From assembly GCA_010356995.1 (NCBI GenBank), contig ML996698.1:741923-805922 (forward strand): DNA of 64,000 nucleotides, in the 5' to 3' direction. How positions within the stretch are numbered: position 1 is the stretch's first letter; every line of letters begins with the position of its first letter. The translations under genes were made by a program, and so were the position numbers. Below, piece by piece: positions 11,912 through 24,135 of the stretch. The notes beneath the pieces are model-generated. The model saw only the letters and a program-made list of their open reading frames with translations. It was not told where the DNA came from and ran no database searches. Source of the stretch: Trichodelitschia bisporula (lineage: Eukaryota).

Positions 11912-13328
11912 ATGTGGCTTGTACGCGCCACGTCGTCGATCGTCTTCCTGTTCCTGATCGTCTTCACCATCCCGTTAACCTTCGATGTCGGCGGGAGGAC
12001 GTGCGGTCTCGCTTTCTCGCTTTCTCTCGCATCATACTACTTCTTCTACTCGACCTTGCGCCTCGTGACGCCGGATAACTCGCGCTTTCGCTCCGCACTC
12101 GCGTACACGATCAAGTACACACAATGGATCACGATCCTGAGCCTTATGATCTGGAGCCTCAACAAGTTCTCCGTCGACTCTGATGCGGGTAGCTGGGTCG
12201 AGCGCACGTTCACGGGCAAGCGCGTACACTTTGATTCGGTGCGCGAGTGGATCTTTGGCCGCGAGGGATTGCTTGAGAGTGTGGCCGTCGGCGGCTGGGA
12301 TAAGCTGTTGCGCTGGTCTACACCTGTGTTCCAGGTCGGCGAAGGCTTTGGTAGTCTGCTGGTCATCCAGGCATGCGGTCAGATCACGCGCTGGCTGGTG
12401 AATCGTGAGCGGGGAGATAGCTGGATGGTATTTTCTTTCCTCGGGACTATGGACTTCGACGTGGCTGACTCTGCAGATTGTCTTACTCGGCTTCTCGGCG
12501 GGTGTCTTCTCAAGCTCGATCTACTTCCTCTGGCGGATCACAAAGTTCCCTGCCATCGGCAATGTCGACGCTATCCTCATCGGCATCACCATTTCGTGCG
12601 CTGTGTTTTTGGCATCATGGGGCATAGGAAGTGGACGCGGTAATCCGGTAGAGAGCTCGCTTCTGGTAAGTTACACACTCTCCAGCCTGGTAGTCAGACT
12701 AACGGTCTAGTTCGCCTACATCACGCTATGCATCTACCAAATCTTTACGGATTATCAACCATCCCCTGGGTATGAAGCAGCGCTCCCCACTTCACAGCCT
12801 GCTCTGCCTCCGCTCCCTCCAATCATAATGGCATCATACTCGACCCTGATGCACTTCCTCTCTACACTCCCCTCAGCCATCCATATCTCCTTCAACTTCC
12901 TCGTTGCCGCCGTTATGACCATTACACCGTCGGTCATCATCTCGTTGGCCTACCGCGTCTTCGTCATGTACGCCAGCGCCCGTATCATCCCTGCCATTCG
13001 TGAGTCCGGTGCGCGCGGTCTGTCGCAGGAGCCGTCGCTGGAGGACTCTGATGAAGCCGGCCGCCTGTTTGGCTTCATGTCGTGGTACAGCCCCAGCATT
13101 CTGATTGCCGTCTACACGAGCCTGTTAATGCAGCACTTTGCCACTACCAACGGCCACACCAACGGAGTTCCGGCGGCAGACTGGTGGACGAGCCGTGGCG
13201 GGGATGCCGGCGGCAATCTTTGGCGGTGGATTAACCTGGGCACGACGATGGTGTTTTACGCCATTGAGCTGTACCTTGGCAAGGATGATGACGATAATGG
13301 CCTCACTAGCCATTGGAAGCAGGATTGA
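11912..13328 (+). CDS. ICE2: ER membrane protein Ice2
   Basis: Multi-pass hydrophobic protein with FDVGGRTCGLAFSLSL, STPVFQVGEGFGSLLVIQACGQ, SGRGNPVESSLLFAYI and SPSILIAVYTSLLMQH. Introns 12428-12476 and 12666-12710. Confidence 0.95.
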
Positions 13329-13875
13329 GCGGCGTTGGCTCCACGATTGACAAGGGTTGCGCTGGATGGGGGAGTTTGCAGTCCGAGGCGCCAAGTACGA
13401 CATATGTCCATTCATACTGCTGAGCTCTGGCCGAAATGGCTAGTTAGCAGGTAGCAGTGCGCGTGCAACGGGTACAGAGTCCCAGCACGGGAGTCACGGC
13501 ATGAAGACAAGCACATGGCCGACCGGCACCCCATCCCGAGGTAGCGTTATTGGAGGTCGAGGAACTAGTTGGAAGTTGCATTCCCTGAACGGACACCCTT
13601 CCTGGGAGGAGCTCTACGCTATGAACGGAATGAAGGAGGCTTTCTTTGGCGGTGATAGGCGGATTAGACGCGGTTCAATTCGCTCGCGCGGTTACGAACA
13701 TAGACTGGACTGGTTGGCCTGGCTAGCAGGATGGTGTATTTATAGGCGCCGGCGGTCGGGTGGGGAATCTGAATTCGGCTTTGCTGCCCTTGTTTACAGC
13801 TCTGGTTTGCGGTGTTTAAGGCTGTGTGCGTGGCGGTGCGGTTGCGAGGGGGGTGCTTTCTGGATGAGGTTCCTT

Positions 13876-13885
13876 ATGACGTCAT
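13876..13885. promoter_or_regulatory. Perfect CRE/ATF palindrome (ATGACGTCAT) upstream of the SDR gene
   Basis: 10-bp palindrome about 150 nt upstream of the ATG at 14036. TGACGTCA is the bZIP Atf1/CREB consensus; function here is inferred. Confidence 0.35.
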
Positions 13886-14035
13886 GGGTACTCCGTCAAA
13901 ATGTTTGTTCCTTGATGATTGTCAACGGACATGATAAGTACAGTACTTCAAACACGCCAGTTGTCTTCTACTTCACTGCCTACTCCAAATCTTAAGACCC
14001 TAATCCTCACTTCTCAATTTCGCTTCTGAATCGTA

Positions 14036-15005
14036 ATGGCTGAAACATCGGAGCTCGATGCGGCGAAGCTCTTCTCCGTCGAGGACTATGTCTGTGTCGT
14101 CACCGGCGGCGGTACGTCTGCCTTACCCTCTCAATGTGCCAGGCACTAATCTTAGTCAAACAGGAACTGGTATCGGTCTTATGTGCGCCCAGGCCCTGGC
14201 CGCCAACGGCGCCCGCGTATACATCACGAGCCGGCGCGCAGACGTACTCTCCCAGGCCGCCGAAGCCCACACCCCCCGTGGCAAAGGACGCATCATCGCA
14301 GCGCGCCCCTGTGACGTAACGAAGAAAGAAGACTTAGAGGCGCTAGCCGCCAGTATCAAGGAAGCAGAAGGGCACGTCGATGTGCTCGTCACAGCCGCAG
14401 GGATCCAAGGCCCGCGGGGTAATCCCGAGGGAGAGGAGACGAATGAGGGCATGGGCGAGGGAGGCGATGGGGGTCTCGAGGATGCGGCGACGATGGTTAA
14501 GGGATTGTGGGAGGCGGAGGGGTTTGAGGGCTGGTCTAAGGCGTACACTACGGATGTTGCAGCGATCTATTTCACGACTCTGGCGTTTTTGCCGCTGTTG
14601 CAGGCGGGGACGCGCAAGCGGGGCCCGCTGACGGCGAGTGTGGTTACTATCAGCAGTATGAGCGGGCTGATGCGCCATGCGCAGGCGCATTTCGCGTATA
14701 ACGCTGCGAAGGGGGGCGCGGTGCATCTGTCGAAGATGATGAGCTCGGAGTTTCAGCGCGTGGGCGTCCGGGTGAACAGTATCGCGCCTGGGTACTTCCC
14801 GAGTGAGATGACGACGGGGGTGAGTGAGAAGGGGAAGAGTCATATGGACAATGAGAAGGTGCAGAGCAAGGGTCATGTGCCTATTGGGAGACCCGGGAAG
14901 GATGCGGAGATGGCAATGGCGTGCTTGTTCCTTGTCAAGGACGGGTATGTTAACGGACAGGTGGTGACAGTGGATGGGGGGGTGATGAATGTCATTGCGG
15001 GTTAG
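14036..15005 (+). CDS. Short-chain dehydrogenase/reductase (classical SDR)
   Basis: MAETSELDAAKLFSVEDYVCVVTGG-GTGIG Rossmann motif across an intron (about 14112-14163), catalytic S and YNAAK, RVNSIAPG and YVNGQVVTVDGG. Confidence 0.95.
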
Positions 15006-16281
15006 TGGGACGGATGAGGCTGCATTACTACGGGTTACCTAGACTTAGATGGGCATTGAACTCGGAGATCGTGGTTGTTCGGGCGTGGTCATTCTCAGCC
15101 TCGCGGGCCGAGGACATCAATCCGGCCCGATATGACATCGAAGTGAAGTGACCCGAAATGCTGGAACCATTGTCCGTCGACAATGGCACTCGGACGCTTC
15201 AATAGCTCAATTGTCAACTTGCCTATGCTTCTGGGAGTACAGTAGCCTTATCCTTTTCCATTTGCTTTTCCCCACTCCAACATCCCGCTTAGTAACAATT
15301 CCCCGAATTCCCCGTTTGCTTTACCACCTGAATCAACAGACGTCTGCGGCGTTCTCGCAGCCTTGCGTGACGCCGGGCTATGGAGAATATGCGAATATCA
15401 AACCAGTGCGGAATTGCTGCGTTGGCCCGAACGCTCGTGGCTCGAGGCCGAGAAGGTTTGCTTAAAACTTGAACTTTTGTTTGTTTATCTGGCGTGAGCC
15501 CTTCCGGCGGATGAGATGTGAGGATGCGCTCTTCACGGCTTTCGTGTATGGTTGCCTTCTTATATTCTCCTGCATTGTGCGGGATATGCGCCGGTTGTAC
15601 TCCCAAGGATGCTATCGCTACTCCGATGGTGTTGGAGTAATTGGCATGCACATCTGCTGGTTACCATTACCGGTCAAAACAACCAGGAACCATCATGACC
15701 GAGCCATCGTGACTCGTGTCGAGCACCTCCGCTAACAAAACATCTCTCGCCCCTTCTCGACGTTTCAAACGTTCTCTCTCACCAATTGCCCACGTCAATT
15801 GACCTTCGAGCAAGTGTTCCCATCTCGCGACGCAAGCACGTAGAATAAGTGGTCGCCCATGCGCCGACCGCCCATCCCCGGCACGTTTGCGTTTCAACAC
15901 CTCCCACATCCGCAAGCACCTTCGCCGGTCCACGAATAAACCGCACCTTCGAAAATAGCAACAATCTTCCTTCCTCTGTCTCCTCACTTGCTATTCCACC
16001 CCTCACCGTCGCTCTCCGCGCATTTCGCCTTCCCCACGGCTTCCACCGCGCTTCTCTTCTCCTCCGCAAACCCGCAATAACAACCAGGTACAATCAACCC
16101 CAAACCCGCACGTCCGCACGCGTCCCGTCCAACCGCCCGACCCCAAATCCCGGCCATAACCTCGCCCGTTAAGCAAACATTGCGTCGATCGAGCGACCCG
16201 AACCCTACCCCAACTCCGGCGCTGACACCGCCCCTCTTTCGACACCGAATACACGCGCCCATGACATCCACAGCCGCATGA

Positions 16282-19200
16282 ATGGCCACCCGAGCGATGG
16301 AGAAGACGCTCGCGGGCCAGCGGACAGCAGAGTCGCAGTTGCTGAGCATATCGCAAGCCTCGCAGACACGCCCACCCTCCGGAGGTCATACGTCCTCGTA
16401 TTCGACCCCGACGCCCTCCTCACACCATGCACATTCACACTCCGCGCCCAGCACACAACACGCCTCGACCCGTCCGCCCTCCCAGGCCCCGGTGGCGATG
16501 CGCTCCCGCGCCCGCGAACAACATGCCCCGCTCCGGGAACAGCGTGAGCGGGAACGCGATCGGCCCAGTCGTGATGGGACGGCGCAGCGGGCGGCGGCGG
16601 AGGTGGAGGGCTTGAAGGGATACCAGTTGGGGGATTGTCTTGGGAAAGGGGCGTTTGGGAGTGTGTACCGGGCGCTGAATTGGGATACTGGGAAGGCGGT
16701 TGCTATTAAGCAGGTTCGGTTGGCGGATTTGCCGAAGAGTGAGCTGAGGGTTATTATGGTATGTGTGGGCTTGGTGCTTGGGGTTGGGGATATGTGCTGA
16801 TGGGTGGACAGCTTGAGATTGATTTGCTTAAGAACTTGAATGTGAGTGTGATGGGTCTCGTTGCGGGGCAAGGCTAATGGGTACAGCATCCGAATATCGT
16901 CAAGTATCAGGGCTTTGTCAAGTCCACCGAGGACTTGTACATCATTCTTGAGTACGAAGCCCCGCCCCTTATACTTCTCCGCTGACGGCCAGGTACTGCG
17001 AAAATGGGTCGCTCCATTCCATATGTAAGAACTTCGGCAAATTCCCAGAGAACCTCGTCGCTCTCTACATGTCCCAGGTCCTTCAGGGCTTGCTCTATCT
17101 ACACGAACAGGGTGTGATCCACCGGGATATCAAGGGCGCCAACATCCTCACCACAAAGGACGGGCTGGTTAAGCTGGCGGATTTCGGCGTGGCTACTCGC
17201 GGTAACGGCGGGGAGTCGAGCGTCGTGGGCACACCATACTGGATGGCGCCAGAGGTCATTGAGCTATCCGGTGCTACGACTGCTTCGGATATCTGGAGCC
17301 TGGGCTGCACGGTCATCGAGCTGCTGGACGGCAAGCCGCCATACCACAAGCTGCAACCCATGCCGGCGCTGTTCCGCATCGTCAACGACGACCACCCGCC
17401 GCTACCTGAGGGTGCCTCGCCGGCCGTCAGAGACTTCTTGATGCAGTGTTTCCAGAAGGATCCCAATCTCCGTGTATCAGCAAAGAAACTTCTCCGGCAC
17501 CCATGGATCCTCAACGCTAAGCGTACAGATGCCGTCGTCGCTGAGAAGCCAACCAAGTACGACGAGGCGGTCAAGAGCGTCCAGCAGTGGAACGAGGCCC
17601 TTAACCTACCGAATACCGACTCGCTGCGACGTGGCTCGCGCCCCACCTCTCTTAGCCCTATCCCCCCGCGCAAAGAGCCAAAATCCACGACACCCCTAAA
17701 GGAAGCTCTCATCATCCCCAAATCACGCCCAAATCCCGATGCCTACCGCTCGCCTGACATGGACGCGGACGACAACTGGGACGCCGACTTCGCGACCTCC
17801 ATCAGCCCCACCGCGCTGCAGCAGCTCCCGCACCTGCGCCCGCACGACAACTTCGGCGGCATGTTCAGCTCGGAGAAACTCAAGTCATTCGCGACGTTCG
17901 AGTCCGTGACCGAGGAATCCTTTGAGGAGGAACTGCGCCCGCTTGGTCGTGGCGTTGATCTGTCCCACGTTGATCCCCTCGAGACGGTCCGTCCGTTTAC
18001 GCCCGCGAAGCCAAAGGAGCCGGCGCGCACGAATCATCCGAATACTTCTTCCCTACGCCAGGCTTCTCAGTCTAAGACACAGATTCTGCGCGAACCGAAG
18101 GTGCCCCCGACGCCGCGCTCGCGTATAGCGTCGTCTAACCGTCTGTCTGCTATGTTTCAGGAAGACTCGGTGGAGGATTACTCGGACTTGCTGGCAGCGG
18201 ATGCGGATGACAGTGCGTTCCAGAAGAAGCTCGCTGCGCTGAAGATTCAGGAGGAGAAGTCGTTCTCGCCGCGGCTGTTTCACCCGTCGGATCTCAAGGC
18301 GCCGAAGTCAACGCTGGGCACGCGGAAGTCGGGGAGCTTACGGCGGTTTCCGTCAGCGTCACTCGAAGAGAAGAAGCCTGAGATGAAGCGCTCTATGTCG
18401 GAGGTGGAGATTCAAAAGTACGCCGAGGATGAGAATGAGGATCCTGAGGACTTTTTGGGGAAGGATGTTGTCCTCCCTGTACATGACTCGGATAGTGGGT
18501 CTGAGCGGAGTACGCTCATGATGCTGAATTCGAAGTTGGGGTCGTCGTGGCTAGGAGATGAGGAGGATGAAGATGATCCTTTTGCTCAGCTGGAGGAGGG
18601 GTTCGATGAGATGGACCTTGAGACGAATGTTGCTCGTGATCGGCACGCAAGGCTGTGCACATTGGTTGAGAGCTTGGTTGGTAGTCTGAAGACGAACCAG
18701 TCGGACGACGTGTTGTCGGAGATCTCCGAACAGTTGGTTAGTATTCCGATATCAAATGGCTGAGCCGTGGCTAACTGGAACAGATGCAAGTCCTGGTTGA
18801 ATCGCCCGAGATCAAGAGCGTCATCATCAGCTCTCATGGCATGCTCCCCATCCTTGAAATCCTCGAGACGTGCCAGCGGAGCGAAGTCGTGCTGCGGCTG
18901 CTGAAGATTGTCAACATGATCATCTTCGACAACGTTGAGATCCAGGAGAACCTCTGCTTCGTCGGCGGCATTCCTATCATTTCGAAGTTCGCGAACAAGA
19001 GGTTCCGCAGCGAGATCCGCCTTGAGGCTGCGGCCTTTGTGCGCCAGATGTACCAGACATCCACACTGACGCTGCAGATGTTCGTCAGCTGCGGTGGCTT
19101 GAATGTACTGGTGGAGTTTTTGGAGGAGGACCTGGAGACGGAGCGGGATTTGGTGCTTATTGGTGTGAATGGCGTGTGGAACGTTTTTGCGCTTCAGGGC

Positions 19201-20919
19201 CCGACGCCGAAGAACGACTTTTGTCGTATCTTCTCTAGGAGTGCCATCCTTTATCCGCTATCTCTCGTTCTGCACAAGGTGTTGGACGAAAAGGGGAAGC
19301 TCTCGGAGCTCATTGAGGGGCGCATCGTGAGCATTTTCTTGCTGTTCTCGCAGGCGGAGAACTATGTCAAGGAGACTATTGCGGATCGCATGGTGTTGAA
19401 GCGTGAGTAACCCAACGTCTTTCGATATGCTGTGCTAACTTCCCCAGGCGTCCTCAAAGACCTGCCACGCATGTCGCCGATCCACCAAATCACAATGCTC
19501 AAGTTCATCAAGAACCTCTCCATGCTCCCAACCACCCACGACGCCCTCCAAAACTCCAACGCCATCGAAGTCCTCACCGACCTCCTCGGCTCAAGCAAGA
19601 AATCGCCGCACGTCCGCGAAATCTTCAACCAAATCCTAAACATAATGTACAACCTCTGCCGCCACAGCAAAACACGGCAAGAAGACGCAGCGCTGAGCGG
19701 CGTAATCCCGCTGTTGCAAGAAATCAGCAACTCAGACCTGCCGCACCGCGAATTCGCCCTCCCCATCCTCTGCGACATGGCCCACTCCGGCAAAGTCTGC
19801 CGCACGATCCTGTGGCAGAACAAGGGCCTGCAGTTCTACATCAAGCTCCTGACAGACAAATACTGGCAGGTCACGGCCCTGGACGCCATCTTCATCTGGC
19901 TCCAGGAGGAAACCGCGCGTGTCGAGCAGCGTCTCCTCGAGGGGCCGTTTAGCAGCCATATCGTGCACTGCTACAACAATACGGAGGCCTACCCCGATGC
20001 GTTTGAAAACTTCCTAGACCCGTTGCAGAAACTCCTGCGTCTCTCCCCGCCCATCGCGGCTACTTTGGCGCACCCAGACCTCTTCGCCCGCACGGCTGCG
20101 AAGTTGAGTACTAAGAAACCAGTCGTGAGACTCAACCTCCTGCGCATCATCCGCTCCATCTGCGACGCCGCATCCGACGAAGGCGGCCCCGCCCTCCTGC
20201 ACTCATATGGGCTGTACACCGCCGTGCAGCGCGCCGCGGAATCGGACAACGCCATCCTGGTGCGCGAAATGGCGTCTGAGCTACTCAAGACCTCGGACGC
20301 GCACCGCGGTTCGGCGCAACGGCGGCCTGCTACGAGGAGGAGTAGTGGGTCTACACCTGCGTCGAGCTCGCCCGCGCTGCTGAGGGCGCATAGTGCGTTT
20401 GAGAGGAGTAGGAGCTTTGAGGGGGAGTTGGAGGGGAGGAATGGGGGACGGGTGAATGGGGCGAGGGGAGGGGGGTTGTTGACGCCGGGCGCTAATGGGG
20501 GTCTGCTTACGCCTGGTGCGAATGGGGGGCTGGCCGCTTCGTCATCCGCGCCGTACGCGCGCCGCCCTGCTAGTCGTGATGGGAGCGGGAAGGGAATCCC
20601 TGAAAAGACGGCCGGCCATGCTGCGCCGGGCATGATGGACAGTGCCGCGGCGTGGGGCGCCCCGGCGCCGCCTGTGCCGCCTGCGAGTGCGGGTGCGGCC
20701 CCGGCGGCGGGCGTGAAGAGTCGGCTTCCGAGGACGAGTGGCCGCTTGGGGAGACTGAGTCTTGTGGGTGGGACGGGGAGTCCGGCGCCGCTTGCGGGGG
20801 CTTCTGGGAGTAATGCGAATGGGAATGGGTTGGGATTGGGAGGCAGAGTGAGTGTGGTTAATGCAAGACGGAGGCGGCAGACGTCTGCGGTGGATGTGGG
20901 GGGGAGGGGCGCGACGTAG
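16282..20919 (+). CDS. sepH: Septation initiation / mitotic exit kinase (SepH/Cdc7/Cdc15 family)
   Basis: [51 protein letters not shown], followed by a long ARM-like C-terminal region ([34 protein letters not shown]). About five short introns. Exact start codon uncertain. Confidence 0.96.
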
Positions 20920-21131
20920 CGCTGTCTGTCGTCTTTTCGTACCTTTTCTTTGGGATTCGAATACTGGGAGAAGGGGTAGAGGACATGCATAGGCGTTCTT
21001 TGGCCTTTGGCCTGGTCCCGAGGGGGAAAGCAAAACTTTTCGTAACGACCGGCTTCTACTGCTGGCTTTTCTCACCGCATACCTGTTGCGTGTAGCTTAC
21101 CCCCTCCTCCTAGCGCATTACTCCGCCCGAA

Positions 21132-21821
21132 ATGGACATCCTCGTAGACGCAGGCTACACCACGCCCGACCTCGAAATCCTCGCCGATGCAGGCTATATC
21201 CAAACGTCTACGCCGCGGCACGAGACACCCGCCACGCCCCCAACCCAGGACCCGCGCTCTCCGCGACCCCCGCAGCCGCGCGACCCGCATAAGCTGCACG
21301 AGCGGTACATACCGCCCGCCCCGTCGTCGCCTCAGGTGCCGCTCTCGCCTCAGTTGTTCACGACGCCTATGACATCCATGCCCACGCCCCGGGAACCGTA
21401 CAAGCTGCGTACGCCTAACCGGCTAAGTCTCCGCACCCCAGGTACGGGACAGTTACGCCCGCCTTCTTTCCCGCGCTCACCGGGACAGCTGCGCTCCCCG
21501 GGCCCACGTACTTCCTGGGAGCCGCGCACATCCTGGGAGCCGCACTCGCCTAGCCCGCTGCGTGTGGCGACTAGTCCCGCTGTTATGGTTACGGCGGAGG
21601 GGATGGTGGACTTGGAGCCTGATCTCGCGGAGAATATGGGTAATGGGGGGAATAGGGTTGTGAGTGAGGGGGATGGGCCTGAGGGGGGGATGGGGCGCGG
21701 TTTAGAATCCGGAAGCGGATTGGGGAGTTGTGGGGGCGGTGGTAGGGGGTTGGTGAGGGTGGAGGGGGGACTCGGTAGGGAGGGTAGGGTAGTGGGTAGC
21801 TGGTTTGAGGGGTGGGTTTGA
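21132..21821 (+). CDS. Hypothetical Pro/Ser/Thr-rich protein (229 aa)
   Basis: ATG ORF with the same C-rich 5' and G-rich 3' profile as neighbouring genes. Internal repeats (DAGY x2, PRTSWE x2, GQLR x2). No recognisable domain. Confidence 0.45.
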   Translation: MDILVDAGYTTPDLEILADAGYIQTSTPRHETPATPPTQDPRSPRPPQPRDPHKLHERYIPPAPSSPQVPLSPQLFTTPMTSMPTPREPYKLRTPNRLSLRTPGTGQLRPPSFPRSPGQLRSPGPRTSWEPRTSWEPHSPSPLRVATSPAVMVTAEGMVDLEPDLAENMGNGGNRVVSEGDGPEGGMGRGLESGSGLGSCGGGGRGLVRVEGGLGREGRVVGSWFEGWV

Positions 21822-22057
21822 GGTTCTAGGGCGAGAAGTCGAAGATCTCTGTTCCGGGTGGGAATCTGTGATTTACGTTGGGCTAGACTCGGCATGGAGT
21901 CGACTAGTTCTACTTCTATGTGGTGTATCGATCCCGATCGGGAATGTATGGTTCACGCTTGAACAAAAGGGCAACCGGTATCGGTCCGAGTTTGAAAACA
22001 AGCCAGTGTACGCCGATGGGTACTCGGTGCGGCACCGACGGGCAAAAATGCAAAAAT

Positions 22058-22147
22058 TGCGGCTTACCCGGATCGAACGGGTGACCTTCAGATGCCTGGA
22101 CCGAAGTACACTTCAGTCTGACGCTCTCCCAACTGAGCTAAAGCCGC
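22058..22147 (-). tRNA. tRNA-Phe(GAA) with 17-nt intron
   Basis: GCGGCTT acceptor stem pairs with AAGCCGC; A-box TAGCTCAGTTGG; anticodon arm TCAGA-CT-GAA-G[intron 22094-22110]A-TCTGA; GTTCGATCC T-loop; T5 terminator downstream. Confidence 0.97.
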
Positions 22148-22542
22148 TTGCTATTTATGGAAACTTGAAGGGCAGTGGCGAATATGTATGGCTAGTTTGG
22201 AAGAATACGGTTGAGGGGACAATCTAAGCATGTTATTCGCAGGCGTGGAAGCTAAGAGTGGAGATTGGGATTGGTGCGCTTGAGAACTCTTCAACTTCAT
22301 GCATGCTGGACTTGCACATGAAAACGAGGAAGTCGGCAACCAGCCGCGTACGGATATCACGTTCATGTGGATCGTCAGACTTTTGTACGAAAGGCGCTTT
22401 GATTGACAGAAAATTCCTTCGACCCTAATTACGCACGACTATTGCGCTCACATATCAAGGCAAAACCATCTCGAAGAGCAGTCGACATATCATAGGTCCC
22501 CACAGAAGCTCCTGTCGTCCGATGTCCACTGCCATGCTGCAC

Positions 22543-23583
22543 TCAGTTGTCGTACGGCGACCGCACCTCGCGCCAGTCCTCCGCATCGAACTCACCACCC
22601 TTGCTTACGCCGAAAGGCGTCGTGATTCTTGCAGTACGACTTCCATAACGTCTCGAAGACCTCGCGCTTGTAGAGCTGGCTGGGGGGTCCCTTGCTGTCG
22701 CCAAAGTAGTCGAGAATGCGGTCGCAGAACATCCACACGCCCTCGACGTGGTACGGCAGCAGTAGCTTGCGTTCTTTGCGCGCGCATATGACGGAACCAA
22801 CGCCTGACTGCCACTCCGGCGGCGCGAAGCCGGAGATTGCGTCGATTTTCATGTATGTCACCATTTGGTTGTCTAGGTCGGCGCGGTTGGAGGACTTGCT
22901 GCCGATGCGGTAGAAGACGAGGGGGATGTTGATCACGGCTGGGATGGGCGGGACGTCGAGCTTGAAGATGGGTGGGTGCGGGGGATGGTGATGGCGGACC
23001 ATGTGTGGCCTTCTTCCATCGCGCATTTGAGGTAGACGGCAACGACGGGGTCGGTCTTGCTGCCTTCCATGTTGTACGGAATCGGCTCAACTTTATTCTT
23101 CACTGGAAGAGCATTGGGGACTTTCTGCTTGACGGACGACTCAGGATCATCTTCGACTTTGACTGGCTTAGGGACTATAGGCTTGTTGTCTGACTTTGTG
23201 GTCTTGAGAGTCTTGTGCTTGATGGAAGGCTCCTCAGGATCGTCTTCGACTTCGACCGGCTTGGGGATGGTAGGTTTGTCACCTGACTTCGCAGCCTTCT
23301 GCGCTTCCTGTTTGACGGACTGCTTCCCAGTCACCGCTTGGATCGACACGAGTTCGGGAGGTTCGTCATCGGACTTTATGGCCTTGGGAGTCACATGCTT
23401 GCCCGACTGCGTCTGGGCCAACGTTTCGACCGGCATGAGTGCGGGAGGTTCGTCGTCCGACTGCATGGGCTTCTTCGGAGCCAGCCCGCATGGAAGAATC
23501 CCAGAGGAAACTAGCTTCTTGACAGGGTCCTCCGCCTCGGAGTCAGTGTCGATGCTGTCCCACTTGGAGTAGTCGATCACCAT
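22543..23583 (-). pseudogene. Conserved hypothetical protein gene with two apparent frameshifts (pseudogene or assembly error)
   Basis: Starts MVIDYSKWDSIDTDSE. Coding-like sequence switches frame near 22970 (AITIPRTHP to IFKLDVPP...LDNQMVTYMKID...GFAPPEWQSGVGSVICARK) and near 22605 (to KGGEFDAEDWREVRSPYDN*). No intron signals explain either switch. Confidence 0.65.
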
Positions 23584-24135
23584 CGTGATGGAAGGAGCCA
23601 CCCGGTGATTTCGGTAACTTTCGAGATTGAGGTACGAGAAACGAGCACCTGAGAGCTCTGTGAATCTTGAAGGCGAATCATGGAGACGCAGTTGTTGTGA
23701 CCTGCAAAACTTCTTTCCGCACAAACAGCGGGATCTTGCAGACAGCGTTTGTATTCCGAGTGGTGTGGCTATCGACGTTGTCTTCTGCTGCACTGACCAT
23801 AATGTGGATGCCAAGCCGTAGAGTCCCAATCGAGGTGGCTGCCTCGTCAGCGAGCCTTGCCAAGGGCCGTTGCATCTTGATGCCTGAGAATGTTTCTATG
23901 TGTCTGCCTGAGTGCCTGAGTGAAGCCTTAGCGGCGATCCTTGCTGCCTTGTCCCAAGGCCGCATCCATATCCGAACAAGCAAAGCAAAGCATCGCAGGA
24001 AAGCTGCAAAGTCTTGTCAACAACACCAAAAAACCCCACGAACATATCCCATCACCAAACAGTCCCCGGTTCTTATCCGCGGCTCAGCATCCGCCCGAAT
24101 CGTCCGCGCTGCACGCGCAGCCCTTTGCGTTCGCC

